A stretch of 64,000 bases of DNA from Felis catus (GCF_018350175.1 NC_058373.1:102302001-102366000), one strand, 5' to 3'. Positions 12,780-25,770 are shown, counted from the stretch's first letter. The notes: generated by a model not told the origin, from the sequence alone. A program made the numbers and translations.

Positions 12780-13570
12780 GCCCCAATTCCCTTACCCCTT
12801 TCTGACACTCAGTCCCACCTCCTCCCATTTCTTGGTTTACTCCATCATTTTTGTGAGGTACATTCTCACTTGGTTTTCTAAGAAAGAGAACATGGGAGGT
12901 AAAATTTGAGACTGTGTCTAAAAAGTGCCTTTTCACCCTCCCATATGATTGGTTGAGTACAAAACTCCAAGTTGGAACTTATTTTCTCTCAGAAGTTTGA
13001 GGGCATTGTTTTCTCAGCTTTCAGTGTTGCTGTTGAGAAATCCAAGGCTATTCTGATTCTTGATCCTTTGTATAAGACTTGTTTTCTCTCTCTGGAAGTT
13101 TCTAGATTTTTCTCTTCATCCCTAAAGTTGCACAATCATATTTAATAATGTGCATTGGTGTGGGCTTACTCTGATTCACAATGCTAGACACTCAATGGCT
13201 CCCTTCGATCTGGAATTCAGGTCCTCCAGTTTGGGAAAAAAATTTCAACTATTTCATTGGTTATTTCCTCTCCATTATTTTTTCTGTTCTCTTTTTCTGG
13301 AATTCCTATTATTTAGATATTACACTTCCTAGACCAGTCCACTTAACCTTCTTATCTACTTCTTACCTTATTCAATCTCTGCTACTTTACATCTCTCTCT
13401 TTGCTCTATTTTATGGGCGATCTTAACTTCATATTCCATCTTTCTACTGAATCTTACATTTCTGCTCTCACAGTTTTTAACTTCAAAGAATAATTTTTGT
13501 TGTTCTCTGAATGTTTTTTTAATAGCTGTTCTTAATAGACAGATGAAACATCTGTTCCCTTTGAGAATAT
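12780..13570 (-). mobile_element. Decayed L1 ORF1-region fragment
   Basis: T-rich antisense L1-like motifs such as TTGCTGTTGAGAAATCCAAGGCTATTCTGATTC. Confidence 0.55.
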
Positions 13571-14354
13571 TAACACTTGCATGTAAAAGTTCTTTTCTGG
13601 GGTGCCTGGGTGGCTCAGTCAGGTAAGCGGCCGACTTCGGCTCAAGTCATGATCTCAAGGTTTGTGAGTTCAAGGCCCGCGTTGGGCTCTGTGCTGACAG
13701 CTAAGAGCCTGGAGTCTGCTTCAGATTCTGTGTCTCCCTCTCTCTCTGCCCTTCCCCTGCTTGTGCCCAGTCTTTCTGTCTCTCTCAAAACAAATAAACA
13801 TTTAAAAAAAAAAAAGTTATTTTCTCCTTGTATTATCTTCATTTCCTTCATCCAAAAAGTTTTCTTCCTGAGAAGAAACTTGCTTTTGACTTTTTTTTTT
13901 TTCTTTTTTTCAGATTCAAGGCTGTCCTCAAATGTCTAATGACTTTTGGCTACTGGTTCCTGAAATAATATTTTGTATGTACATCTATAAAATAAGTCAA
14001 GAAGCTAGAAAGTGTCATCTCCTCCCATGCTTTTCCTGATCTTCCTAGTGATTCCCTCCACTATAGCACTTTGTACATTAGATTAGAATTATATCCTGTG
14101 TCTGACTCACTAATAAACTACAAGCTTCTCTGGGAGAGAGAATGTGCCTTATTTTTCAACTTCTGGTATAATGCCTGGCACACAGTTAGAACTCAATAAC
14201 TGCTAGATGATCTGAATTAGTAAGGACGAGATTTGCTCATTTTTCTAAAGTGCAGAATCATTACAGTCTAAACAACATTCCAAACTATCCAGAAATCATC
14301 CTGACAACACAAGGAAGAAGTTGACATCATTTATAAAATTTAGACAGTACTTTA

Positions 14355-15117
14355 ATTTTTTTTCATGTTTATTTATTTTTGAGAGAGGGAGAGCACATGA
14401 GTGAACATGAGCGGGGGGGAGGGGGGAGCAGAGAGAGAGGGAGACACAGAATCCGAAGCAGGCTCCAGGCTCTGAGCTGTTAGCACAGAGCTTGACGCAG
14501 GGCTTGAACCCACAAACTGCAAGATCATGACCTGAGCTGAAGTCGGCTGACTCAGTTAACTGACTGAGCCACCTAGGTCCCCCTAGACAGTACTTTACAG
14601 TTTATAAAGATGCTGTCTGATATCTCATTTAACATTATTGATACCTAAAAAGCAGTTCCATTACCCCCATTTTATTATTGTTAACCTCTTTTTTTTAGTG
14701 TTTATTCACTTTTGAGATACAGAAAGACAGAGCACAAGTGGGGAAGGGCCAGAAAGAGAGGGAGACACAGAATCCGAAGCAGGCTCCAGGCTCCAAGCTG
14801 TCAGCACAGAGCCCAATGTGGGGCTTGAACTCACAAACTGTGAGATCATGACCTGAGCTGAAATCAGATGCTTAACTGACTAAGCTACCCAGGCGCCCCA
14901 ACCTCATTTTTTAATCTCATTTTTTTTAATGTTTATTTTATTTTTGAGAAAGAGAGCACAAGCAAGGGAGGGGCAGAGACAGAGGGGGAGAAAGGATCCT
15001 AAGCAGGCTCTGTGCTAACAGCAGAGGAGCCCGATGCGGGGCTTGAACTCATGAACCATGAGATCATGACCTGAGCCAAAATAGGAGGCTCAACTGACTG
15101 AGCCACCCAGGTGCCCC
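14355..15117 (-). mobile_element. Three consecutive same-orientation CAN-SINEs, ending ~60 nt from the exon 12 donor
   Basis: Copies at ~14355-14583, 14688-14899 and 14918-15117. Confidence 0.88.
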
Positions 15118-15178
15118 AACCTCATTTTCAAAAAGATCAGGCTCAGAGTTAATATAATGAAAATGCTTGACCACGTAC

Positions 15179-15339
15179 CTGAAAACTAACCATATCCCAA
15201 AATCCATCCAGATCTGTACAGGTCGTCTCCTTCTCACCTCGTTTGTATTCACAATTGTCCACCAGCCCTTCAAACTGCTTGAACCTTTCCTTCATAAGGA
15301 GTCTTGTTTGCCCAACTGCTGTGCGAATAAGATCTTTAG
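15179..15339 (-). CDS. DLGAP5: DLGAP5 exon 12 (KDLIRTAVGQTRLLMKERFKQFEGLVDNCEYKRGEKETTCTDLDGFWDMVSFQ), GKAP core
   Basis: CTCTAG|CT acceptor, CAG|GTACGT donor. 161 nt with the DLxGFWDM GKAP-family signature. Confidence 0.97.
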
Positions 15340-16110
15340 CTAGAGGAAAGATGAGGTTTTTAAAAGTTAAAAGACAAAAAAAAAAAAAAACTAGACCTAT
15401 ATTGCCAGCCCACCAATTGATAAGGCCTCACCATAAATTTCAAAATTTTTAACTTAATGCAAAACAAAAAACAGCACTGCAAAACTCTGTCTTACAAATA
15501 CTGAGCATTAACTGCCTGCTTCAATTCCTGCTAAAAATCAGCAATATTCATTCTCATACATACCGCTGCACAATAAATGGCATTTTACCTCTACTTGTAT
15601 TTAATAAGAATTCAGCCTCAAACAACTCATCACACAACAGTAACCACGAAGGGCTTCACATTGACAGAACACAAATGACTTTTTTCTAAACAGCTTCCCA
15701 AATAAGTCAAATTAAGGAATTTTTCTGAAAATCTGTTCCATATTGATTTAGGTAGTGATTTCCATATTGATTATTGATTTGGGATTATTTTCATTCAGAA
15801 AAAATTTCTGTTTAATTAAACAATACCAGTTACAGATGTCACTCATAGTTATATAAAAAATATCTAATAATAAGCAAATGTCTAATTTCCAGGAATAATC
15901 AATATTCCAATTCCTTGTATCTCTTAAGTCATGTATCAATTTAGCACAGAGATATTAGCAAATGTATGTTGAGATATAAAAAATTCCTGCTGTTTTGAAT
16001 AACAATGTAACTATGAAGTTGGACACTAGATCTTTATGTTTCAGATAAATGTATAACTATATTTAAAAACACAAAACTAAAACATAAAAAAAATATAAAC
16101 ATTCCCTCAC

Positions 16111-16196
16111 CATCATCTGGAATGTCCAATTCAAGCTTCCTGTCCCACTCCAAGCAGTGCGAAGTTAATTTCTCAGTTTCTGACTGAAGAATATTT
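16111..16196 (-). CDS. DLGAP5: DLGAP5 exon 11 (NILQSETEKLTSHCLEWDRKLELDIPDD), GKAP-homology region
   Basis: TTTTAG|A acceptor, ATG|GTGAGG donor. 86 nt. Confidence 0.95.
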
Positions 16197-16663
16197 CTAA
16201 AATTATGATATACATTTGTTTTACAAATGTTTCTCATACTAATATCTAAGTATTTGCATTATGACACACATAACATTAGAAAGGTGTAAAAGATAGGCAC
16301 GATGTTAATTTTTCAGCGTTGATGCTGATTTTATGAATTGTGATACATTAAATCCATAAATACAAGTTGATACCCTATGTCCATCTTTCTACACCTAGAA
16401 CTTATGCAAATGGTTAGTGCCAAGAGCCCACTTTTCACACTACACTATTATTTCCAACTTCTTCTGTTCTTATTTTTCAGAGACTTCACAGAAATAATCG
16501 GATGTTCTTTATCTCTGTTATTAGTTCTCTGTTATTGCCCATGGAATGAAGACCAACTCAACTCTCAAGAGTAAGCTGAAGCCAAACACTGTAAGTATGG
16601 AATTACAGTTATAAGGCCCTACAGGTTTTCTTTAATTAGTAGGCTTTGCTTGCCACTCCAAAG

Positions 16664-16880
16664 GCAGTGGTTCTCAACAGGGGTCAATTTTGTATCCACC
16701 TCCCCCCCCACCCCGCCCTCCCCGGACATATTTGACACTGTCTAGAGGCATTTTTGTCATGAACTGGAGGGGCACTACTGGCCAAGGATGTTACCAAACA
16801 ATCTGGAATGCAGAAGATGGTCCCCATGAGAATTATCTAGTCTAAAATGTCAATAGTGCCAAGGTTAAGAAACTGGTCTA
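16664..16880 (+). mobile_element. MER20-like hAT-Charlie MITE
   Basis: CAGTGGTTCTCAAC...AAAATGTCAATAGTGCCAAGGTTAAGAAAC. Confidence 0.8.
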
Positions 16881-18379
16881 AGGTGATCGTAATCTGTTTC
16901 TTTATAAAAAGCATCCTAGCAGGAGAAACTGAGGATAGTTTTTATTTCCTAGAAGAAAAATTTAGCTGTTTATATCTAATAGCATGACAGAGAATGACTT
17001 AATTTATGAGAAAGGAGACCTGGCTTAGATCTGATGTTATTAAGTTGGGTAAATTGCTCATTGTCTCAATGTCTCACAGTTGAAAACACAACGGATTAGC
17101 TAAATCTCTAAAATTCATTACAGTTCTAAAATCTCAAGCTCTAAAAATAATTGAAGTGGCTTTCAAACACATAAAAAGAAACTTGTTAATAATAGAATAA
17201 ATAAACATTAAAACTGCAGCAAGATAGTATCTTACCTACTTATCTACTTGATTGGCAAAGCTCAAAAAATTGTTAATCTTATGTTGAAAAAGGTATGAGA
17301 ATGTCCTTGCTGCATTTACTAAAGAAAAACAGCATCGGGGTGCCTGGGTGGCTCAGTCGGTTGGGTGTCCGACTTCAGCTCAGGTCATGATCTTGCAGTT
17401 CATGGGTTCGAGCCCCGCATCAGGCTCTGTGCTGACAGCTCAGAGCCTGGAGCCTGCTTCGGATTCTGTGTCTCCCTCTCTCTCTGCCCCTCCCCTGCTC
17501 ATGCTCTGTCTCTGTCTCAAAAATAAATAAAACATTAAAAAAAAAAAAGAAAAACAGCATGTACATAAGCATGTTGTGCTCATGCCTGTGTGTGGATTAT
17601 CATTTGGAAAATTTGAATACTGACTGGATATTTTATGACATTAATTATTATTATTACATTAAGCACAATAAATATTATGGTTAATGTTAACATGAGTTTT
17701 CAACTTTGAAAAATACCTACAGAAATATTAATGGGTGAAGTGATATGATTATTTGGGATTTTCTTAAAACATCTTGGGTCAGAAGTATATGTAAATATGA
17801 AACAAGATTGACCCTGAGTGATGAGTACAAGGGAATTCAGTGTACTGTTCCCTGTACTTTCATATGTTTTAAATTTTCCACAATAAAAAGTTTAAAAAAA
17901 AAAAAAAGAAGAGCATGTAATTATTTCCTGTGTGATGTGGAATGGTGGGGCCTTTCTCCAAATGCAGTCCACTGATTTGTTTCCAAGGCCTGTTAAGTGA
18001 CATGGTTGAGTTTCCCCAAAAGGATGTTAATTTTCACTCTTCACAGATGGAAAAACATAAATCTACTTCATGACTTAGTAGGCCAAAGAGCTTCCTACCA
18101 TCTCCCACTAACCTTCCTTTGTAAAATAAAGGTTAACTCAGTTTCTTTGTCGAGGGTGTAAACAGTATGAGAAAATAGGAATTCCCATAACTTGCTGAAA
18201 GGAATGTAAATTGAGGTTGTTATATATTTTCACATGAGAGAACTGGAATGCATACAAGGTTGTTCCTTGCAGCCTTGATTGTATTAGTAACGGACTGACC
18301 TCAGTGTAAATAATGAGCAACAGCAATTTACTATTAAGTAAGTAGTGGTACATCACATAATGGATACTATATGGTCATT

Positions 18380-18380
<1 letters not shown>

Positions 18381-18416
<36 letters not shown>
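18381..18416. repeat. (AC)n microsatellite
   Basis: Direct reading. Confidence 0.95.
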
Positions 18417-18417
<1 letters not shown>

Positions 18418-19073
18418 CACAAACAACACGAGTAAGCTCTTTAAGTATTAAAATGGAATGTCTCCCACAATGAACATTAAACGAAAGCAGAATAGTAAAC
18501 TACTGTGTATATTAAAAAGGGGAAAAAATATATATGCTTGTCTACGTATATGTTATCTCTCTGAAAGTTTTCATAAAACATCAGTAACACTGGCCTCCAT
18601 GGAAGATTAACCATGGGGTTAGGAGACAGTTGAGAAAGGGCTTCTCACTTGTACCTTTTTCTACCTTTTGAACTAGGAACCACATGAATTAAAGTACCAG
18701 CTACTGAAAACATAATTAAAAAAAGGTTTTTTTTAATGTTTATTTACTTTTGAGAGAAAGACAGAGTGTGAGTGGGGGAAGGACACAGAGAAGGAGAGAC
18801 AGAATCTGAATCAGGCTCCAGGCTCTGAGCTGTGCCCACAGAGCCTAATGTGGGACTTGAACTCACAGACCATGAGATCTTGACCTGAGCTGAAGTCGGA
18901 TGCTTAACTGACTGAGCCACCCAGGACGCCCCCATAATTAAAATTTAAAAGATAAATAAAAATCACTCAGAGTTTAATTCATGTATTATATAAAGGTTAA
19001 AATAGTTTAATTTGGGTTTTAAATATCTAGACATTAATGCAAACATTTTACACTAGGATCAAAATGGACAAAC

Positions 19074-19197
19074 CTGAAATATGGCACATCATGTTGTGGC
19101 TGAGATACCTGATCTTCATTTATTTCAAGTGATGGGACTTCTTTTGTTGGGAGGCCATTTGAATTTTTAGTAGTTTCATCTTTATTTAAGACATGTT
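19074..19197 (-). CDS. DLGAP5: DLGAP5 exon 10 (HVLNKDETTKNSNGLPTKEVPSLEINEDQVSQPQHDVPYF)
   Basis: TTTGTAG|AA acceptor, CAG|GTTTGT donor. 124 nt. Confidence 0.93.
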
Positions 19198-19546
19198 CTA
19201 CAAAGAAAACACCACAGGTAAATTTCAAAGCAGCAGTTTTTCTAAAATGCCATCCCCTACAAAAGACAAAATTTTAGAATCCTTCAATTTTTTCATTGTT
19301 GAACTTTAACATTTTATTTCTGCTTCAGTGATTTCATTTATCACATCTCCTCTCAAGTGTCTTGACATTTTCATCTCTTCAAATTTGCATTTCCCCCCTT
19401 CTCTCAGTCTGCATTCCTCATTCCAATTCTCTGTCTGGATGTCTTTCCCCAGGTTTCCCATCTCTTCAGACTCTGTGTGGCTCTAAACAAATCTCTGATA
19501 AATCATAGTCTAGAAGGTAAGTAAAAATTTAATTAAAATACCATAC

Positions 19547-19674
19547 CTTTATTCCAAACTGTGAGAGAACCCAAAGGACACTGCAGTTTATTTGCATCTT
19601 GATGTACTATCTTCGCAGAGGAAGTTTTACACTTTTGGGCCAGAATTTCTTTTGTTGGTTCTTGAGTCTTAGCA
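19547..19674 (-). CDS. DLGAP5: DLGAP5 exon 9 (AKTQEPTKEILAQKCKTSSAKIVHQDANKLQCPLGSLTVWNK)
   Basis: TTTTAG|T acceptor, AAG|GTATGG donor. 128 nt, frame consistent. Confidence 0.92.
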
Positions 19675-20342
19675 CTAAAAGCAATAGCAAAAATACACTT
19701 TATGAAGCATGAGCCCTATATATCTAATTGAAGTATTTCAAAATTACATTGCTTTTTAAAAACCTGGGATAAAATAAAAATACTTATTTTTATTTTATTT
19801 TAAATATTTATTTTTGAGAGAGCACAGCATGAGCGGGGCAGAGAGAGGGGGACAGAGGATACGAAACAGAGTCTGCAGTGATAGCAGCAAGCCCCACGTG
19901 GGCTCGAACTCACTGACCACAAACTTATGACCTGAGTTGAAATCAGACACTCAACCTACTGAGCCACCCAAGTGCCCCGAAATGTTTATTTTTAAAACAA
20001 TAGGTCCATTCTGGAGCAGAAAAATTTAAACACCTATGTAGTGGGAATGTTCATCTTCACTAATTATAATGAGATCTAAATACTTTGAAGATCTCTTAAT
20101 GGAATAAACACTTAGCAGTCTTGCTGCTGCTGGGCAGTTTCTAGTAAATCTGCCAACAGCCAGTCTGCAAAACAATCCTGTCTTTTCTTTTAAAGAGTCC
20201 AACTGATCCCTCTCCCCGCTCCACTTTGCAAGTTAATCAGTTTTTCTAAAGTGTACTCAGCAAAAGAACACAAACCAAAGCCCACGTCTGAGCTACAGTA
20301 TTATAGCAACTTCTTTTTTTTTTTTAATGTTTATTTATTTTT

Positions 20343-20388
<46 letters not shown>

Positions 20389-20840
20389 AAGCATGAGCGT
20401 GGGAGGGGCAGAGAGAGAGGGAGACACAGAATCTGAAGCGGGCGCCAGGCTCCGAGCTGTCAGCACAGCCTGATGCAGGGCTCGAACTCACAAACCACAA
20501 GATCATGACCCGAGCCGAAGTCAGACATTTAACTGACTGAGCCACTCAGGTACCCAGGCAACTTCTTCTAAAAATTTATTTCCAAGTGTTATAATAAAGT
20601 CACTTATTAAAAGCAATGAAACATAAATTGTACTAGGAAAATAAGGTTAATAACAATGCACAGGAAATATCAAAACTGTCAAATAGATTATTGTAGCCTT
20701 CTGAAGAACTTTTTAACCAAATTTTAATGAATTATCATTAAATTAACTAAATAATAACTTTTAAAAAGCACAGGCCAAATCTAAGAAAGGCATTTGTTAC
20801 CATCTTAGCAAGGAATTCATTATTAACATTACATTCTTAC

Positions 20841-21115
20841 ATTTCTGTTTCTAAAGGGGTCCAGGTATAACTGGGTGTCAAGAAAGCATTGGCACTTCTG
20901 GGAGTCATAGGTGTTACTTGATAGGTCCTCAGACCATCCAATGGCTGAAACATAAAATCTTGAGGTGCGAAGGAATTCTTTCCTTTCGTTTTTGCAGTAT
21001 TTGTCTTAGGTAAGTTTTCTAGTTTTGATAAGACTCCATCTGGATCCATTCCATTTGTTGTACTGGCTTGTGAATCCAAAGTATTTTCTTCACTATCAAG
21101 TTTAAAAGAAATGAC
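20841..21115 (-). CDS. DLGAP5: DLGAP5 exon 8 (VISFKLDSEENTLDS...SFAPQDFMFQPLDGLRTYQVTPMTPRSANAFLTPSYTWTPLETE)
   Basis: ACTAG|GTC acceptor, AAT|GTAAGA donor. 275 nt with the conserved SFAP..F.FQPLDGL and TPMTP motifs. Confidence 0.95.
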
Positions 21116-21639
21116 CTAGTTGTAAGTAAACAGAATAGAGTGAGAATTGCTCTTCTGGGATATATTTGACCAATTTTTACAGGCTGAAAATGTGACAGTT
21201 GAGATCTATGTCCCACATACATAATTTAAGAGACGACAAAACAAATACAATGAAATGTATATAAGGAATCAGAAGACCAGCTATACTAAACCAATGCTAA
21301 GATCCAGAAAGAGGGAGAACCAATCCTCATTATAGGAATAAATAATAGGTTTTAGGTATTACAACAAATTAAAATATATGAAAACTAAAATGGAAAAATT
21401 ACTCACCTAACAAATACAGATCTCTTTTTACTTTGATTATGATGATAATTACAATAGCTTGAGAATCAGAAATCCAACGTTTATTAGATGACTACTACTG
21501 TCAAGTACCAAATCATTTCTGTAAATAACCTTGATTATAAATAACCTTGTCATATGAGCAAAATTATTTTTTAACATTACACAATAAGATGAACCATATA
21601 AAATGTGAAGTATATTTTATTTTTCAAGTCAATGTAATT

Positions 21640-21885
21640 ACTTGGTTTTTTTAATAGAGATATAATTGACATGTAACATTGTATTAGTTTCAAGTGTATA
21701 ACATGATTCAGTATTTGTATATATTGTGCAATGATCACCACAGTAAGTCTAGTTAACATGTATCACTATAGTTACAGAATTTTTTTGGTGATGAGAACTT
21801 TTAAGATCTACTCTAAGCAACTTTCAAATATGCAATACAATATTATTAACTATAGTCATAATGTGATATATTCCCAGGACTTATT
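21640..21885 (-). mobile_element. L1 3' terminal fragment
   Basis: GGTGATGAGAACTTTTAAGATCTACTCT and AACATTGTATTAGTTTCAAGTGTA motifs. Confidence 0.75.
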
Positions 21886-22678
21886 TCAACCTGGACAAAA
21901 ATTTAAGGGTGATACTATCTCTGAGGCCAACATGGAAGTGAAAGTAAAAACCTAGTGATAATCCTTAAAGAGGAAATCAATCTTAAGGGAAGAACATGAG
22001 GTCCAGCTGCTTACTCGTGAAGATTCACCCTATACTGTCTTCCTGGAGGATCCAGATTTGATTTTTTAGTAAAATCTAGCCAGGTTTTTTACAGCTTGGC
22101 AAAACTTTTCTTTTTAAGGTTAAGGAATTATAATGTGGCTTATAAACCAAGGAACTGGGCCCTCAAACTGGTGAATTTTTTTTGAAGACTCTACTAGACT
22201 CTATGCTAGATGCTATCAGAAATGTTAGGTTATTTAATTCTTAAAACTACTCCAAGTAAGTATTGCATGTTAGAGATGGGAAAACAAATTCATAACTTGT
22301 CCAAAGTTATCTAGCTAATTGGAAGCAGAGACAATATTCAAACTCACACCTAAATGAATCCAAAGTCAATACATTTCACCCTACTACATCTTATCGCTTA
22401 GTCAATTCTCATGTGAAGGTTTCTGTCAACTAATGTTATTGTATTTCTCTATATCCTGTTAACCAAATTATCCTTTCTCTAGCTATAAAGCTCTGAGGAT
22501 ATAATACCTGAAAGACAACAACAATATATCCTCTTCATGCTTCTTTATGGTTCAAGATGTTTTAACACACATGTAGGTTAATTCTCTTGAAGCAGCTCTG
22601 TATGCTTAATTTCAGCTTTATGCAAGTGGCAATGAGATTTTCAAAGTATCTAGGAATAAACAGATGTTTATACTCTAC

Positions 22679-22749
22679 CTTTTCAGGTTTTGTTTCTATA
22701 TTTTTGGCAGGTCTTCCTTGATTTGGTGCCTTTCTCTCTATTTCATGAT
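22679..22749 (-). CDS. DLGAP5: DLGAP5 exon 7 (HEIERKAPNQGRPAKNIETKPEK)
   Basis: TTTTAG|AT acceptor, AAG|GTAGAG donor. 71 nt, restores phase 0. Confidence 0.92.
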
Positions 22750-22817
22750 CTAAAATAAAAGTGAAATAAAACAACCATTTTGATTAGATAGAAAATGCTA
22801 CTTTAAAAGCACTAGGT

Positions 22818-23037
22818 GGGGGCGCCTGGGTGGCGCAGTCGGTTAAGCGTCCGACTTCAGCCAGGTCACGATCTCGCGGTCCGTGAGTTCGAGCCCCGCG
22901 TCGGGCTCTGGGCTGATGGCTTGGAGCCTGGAGCCTGTTTCCGATTCTGTGTCTCCCTCTCTCTCTGCCCCTCCCCCGTTCATGCTCTGTCTCTCTCTGT
23001 CCCAAAAATAAATAAAAACGTTGAAAAAAAAAATTTA
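22818..23037 (+). mobile_element. Young felid CAN-SINE, antisense to DLGAP5, ~70 nt upstream of the exon 7 acceptor
   Basis: Same young consensus. TSD taaaagcactaggt. Confidence 0.92.
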
Positions 23038-23726
23038 AAAGCACTAGGTAATTTGGAATAGGAAAAAAGGCAGCAATAGGAATATATATCTTAAAGGATT
23101 TTTTTATTAAGTCATATTATAAAATGAGATAAAAACAGATGAAATTTCCTGCCAAGTAAAGGCCATCTGTTTTCAAAACCAAGTGTTAAGGTATTTTACT
23201 TTACCTTTTGCCTCTGAATATCAAGTAATTATAGAAAATTAGGAAAATAAAGAAAAGCACAAACACAACAAAATTAAAAATAACCCACGAATACATTACT
23301 CAGTAAGAATCATTAGTGTCACTTTAGTGTATGTTTTTCCAGTTTTATCCTACATTCACATATTCACATACATATTTTAGGATTGTGATCATAGTGTTCA
23401 GAATCTGACCTGTTTTTCTTTGCCCCCTCAATATATCATGTTCTTTCACAACACTGTCCTTAAATATTTACATTGTATTCCACCAAATGGATGGGCTGTA
23501 ATTTATTTGGGCCATTAAATGTTCACTTTGAAGCACTGCTTACACCAATTCAGGTACTTCCACCTTTGAGTACCCACAGAATGCTACCTGGATGCTGAGG
23601 CATCGAACCTACCTTTAGGAACTGGAATCTCCTATTTCCTCCTCTCCTACTCAGAGAAGTACATGATGATTTTTAAAATTGAACACAAAAAACCTCAAAG
23701 ACCAAAACACTCTAGATCATTCTTAC

Positions 23727-23846
23727 CATTAGCTCTTGTGACTGGCTTTCTTGTTGTAGTAGATGAGACTGTTCTGGCATTCTGCTTTGCTGCTTGAGTG
23801 GCTGATCGAGTCATTCTCACTGATGTGGTCGTTACAGGCTGTACGG
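23727..23846 (-). CDS. DLGAP5: DLGAP5 exon 6 (VQPVTTTSVRMTRSATQAAKQNARTVSSTTTRKPVTRAN)
   Basis: TCCCACAG|CC acceptor, ATG|GTAAGA donor. 120 nt, preceded by a 94-nt intron. Confidence 0.93.
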
Positions 23847-23940
23847 CTGTGGGAAAAATTAATCAAATCAAATGCTTTTTGTAATCATTAAATTACTGTT
23901 GTGGCAACATCAGAGCTTATAGTAACTGCTAAATTCCTAC

Positions 23941-24025
23941 CTTTTCTCTCTTTGTCCAACACTTTTCTTTCAGAAGTTTGTCTTTGACCAGGTCGAATTG
24001 CTCGAACATCACTCCCATTATCAAT
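23941..24025 (-). CDS. DLGAP5: DLGAP5 exon 5 (IDNGSDVRAIRPGQRQTSERKVLDKERK)
   Basis: AAATAG|ATT acceptor, AAG|GTAGGA donor. 85 nt. Confidence 0.93.
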
Positions 24026-24088
24026 CTATTTAAAAGATTAAGGTGCTATGTGATTTAATTGCATAATGAATCAAATCACCACATTTTT

Positions 24089-24357
24089 CCCCGAGGGGTT
24101 TTCAAGTTATTTTATTAATCCAACCGTAGAGACACCCCCCCCTCCCCCCCCCCCCGCCGCCATCTCTGCCACCCTCACTTTCTTCTGAAATGTTGTGGAG
24201 AAGAGAAGGATTGAGCAGACCCACTCCCTGAGGAGCCACTTCCAAAAGGTGGAAATAGGGGTGGGGGGAAGACATCACAAAAATAGCAACAGATAAAAGA
24301 GGGGCAACAGAAGCACAAGCACAACAGAAAGCCAAGGCAGTGGCGGATGGGGGGAGG
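24089..24357 (-). pseudogene. Retrotransposed 3' end of an unidentified polyadenylated transcript, fused to U6
   Basis: Directly follows U6. AATAAA at 24111-24116(-), 22 nt before the end. Enclosed together with U6 by direct repeats at 24071-24088 and 24462-24478. Confidence 0.65.
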
Positions 24358-24404
24358 AATATGGGATGCTTCAGGAACGTGTGTGTCATCCTTGCACAGG
24401 GGCC

Positions 24405-24438
<34 letters not shown>

Positions 24439-24461
24439 GTATGTGCGGCTGAAGCAAGCAC
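24358..24461 (-). pseudogene. Full-length U6 snRNA retrocopy (5' part of a chimeric retrogene)
   Basis: Minus strand reads GTGCTTGCTTCAGCCGCACATACACTAAAATTGGAACGATACAGAGAAGATTAGCATGGCCCCTGTGCAAGGATGACAC...CCATATT: U6 with an intact ACAGAGA box and scattered substitutions, several at CpGs. Lacks the terminal T run and is flanked by a TSD rather than a U6 promoter. Confidence 0.95.
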
Positions 24462-25770
24462 TCAATTGCCACATTTTTTATCTATCAATTGACCCCCTCA
24501 GCTGAAATCTTACTATTATAAAATGACCTGGCCAAAAAAAAAAAATCACTTCTCCAAATAAAATGAGATGAAGAAAAAAGTTTTCCATGATATAGACTTC
24601 TTTATAGGCCTTTTTAGAATCCTAGACTTTAGAAAATGCTAATAACCTAAGCTATGAAAAATAGCTGACTATAGTCTTCTGAGAATCCCTTAAATAGGCT
24701 AGGCATGTTTTCACTTCAAGACCTTGAATTATGTCTAGAAAATTCTTCTCCTGGATAGAAAGCTCTTTCCCATAGTTCACTCTTCCATTCCTTATAAGAC
24801 TTCAGTCAAAATGCCACCATGTCAGCGAGGCCCTGCTTGACTGCCCCAATCAAAATTCTGCCTGACACCCACTCCAGTACTCCCCTTCTCCCTTCACTTT
24901 TTATCCCCTCCATAATACTGATGACCATCTGACATACTATATACCTATTTTTTTACTGCCTAGTTCACATGTAAGCTCAATGAAAACAAGAAATTTTATT
25001 TTGTTCACTACTATGCCCTAGAGACTAGAGAAACATGGTAGTGACTCAAACATTCCTGAATACATGAAATTCAACTTCCTCACCTGATGAAGAGGCATAT
25101 ATTTCCCTCCTTGCCCACTTCACTTTATTTTAGCAATCTTCCTAATAACTTTATCCATAATCGTGTTTTGAAGACCCATAAGTTTATCATACCCACCCTA
25201 TATGCTTTATATCCCTATCTACATTTGGTGATGATGTGGAATGCATAACAGAAGCCCAGTAAACAAAAGAGTGTGACACAAAGTTTGGCATACATCTAAT
25301 AAGGGATGTTGGACACAGATATTTTAAGTATTTCCTTAGTAACCAGCCAAGATGGCTTTATGTCACCAAAACACTAATATTGATTTTTGTACTATTAACT
25401 CTAGCAAATCAATCACTACACTTAAAGGTGATAATAGACAGGAGTGCCTGGGTGGCTTGGTCGGTTGAGTGTCCGACTTTGGTTCAAGATCATGATCTCA
25501 CAGTTCGTAATTTCGAGCCCCATGTAGGGCTCTGTGCTGACAGCTCAGAGCCCAGAGCCTGCTTTGGATTCTGTGTTTCCTCTCTCTGCCCCTCCCCTGC
25601 TTGCACTCTGTCTCTCTCTCTCTAAAATAAATAATATTAAAAAAAAAAAACTACAAAAAAAAAAAAAAAGAAAAAAGAGCTATTAGATAAAAAAATGGAT
25701 TTACTTACTCTGAGAAAAAAAGTACAATTTGTCATCTTAGTAACAATTATCTACTAACAATCAACTATAC

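Noticed and set aside
24358..24461. Functional U6 gene
   Set aside because: Multiple substitutions, no Pol III terminator, no upstream PSE/TATA recognised, and it is flanked by TSDs.
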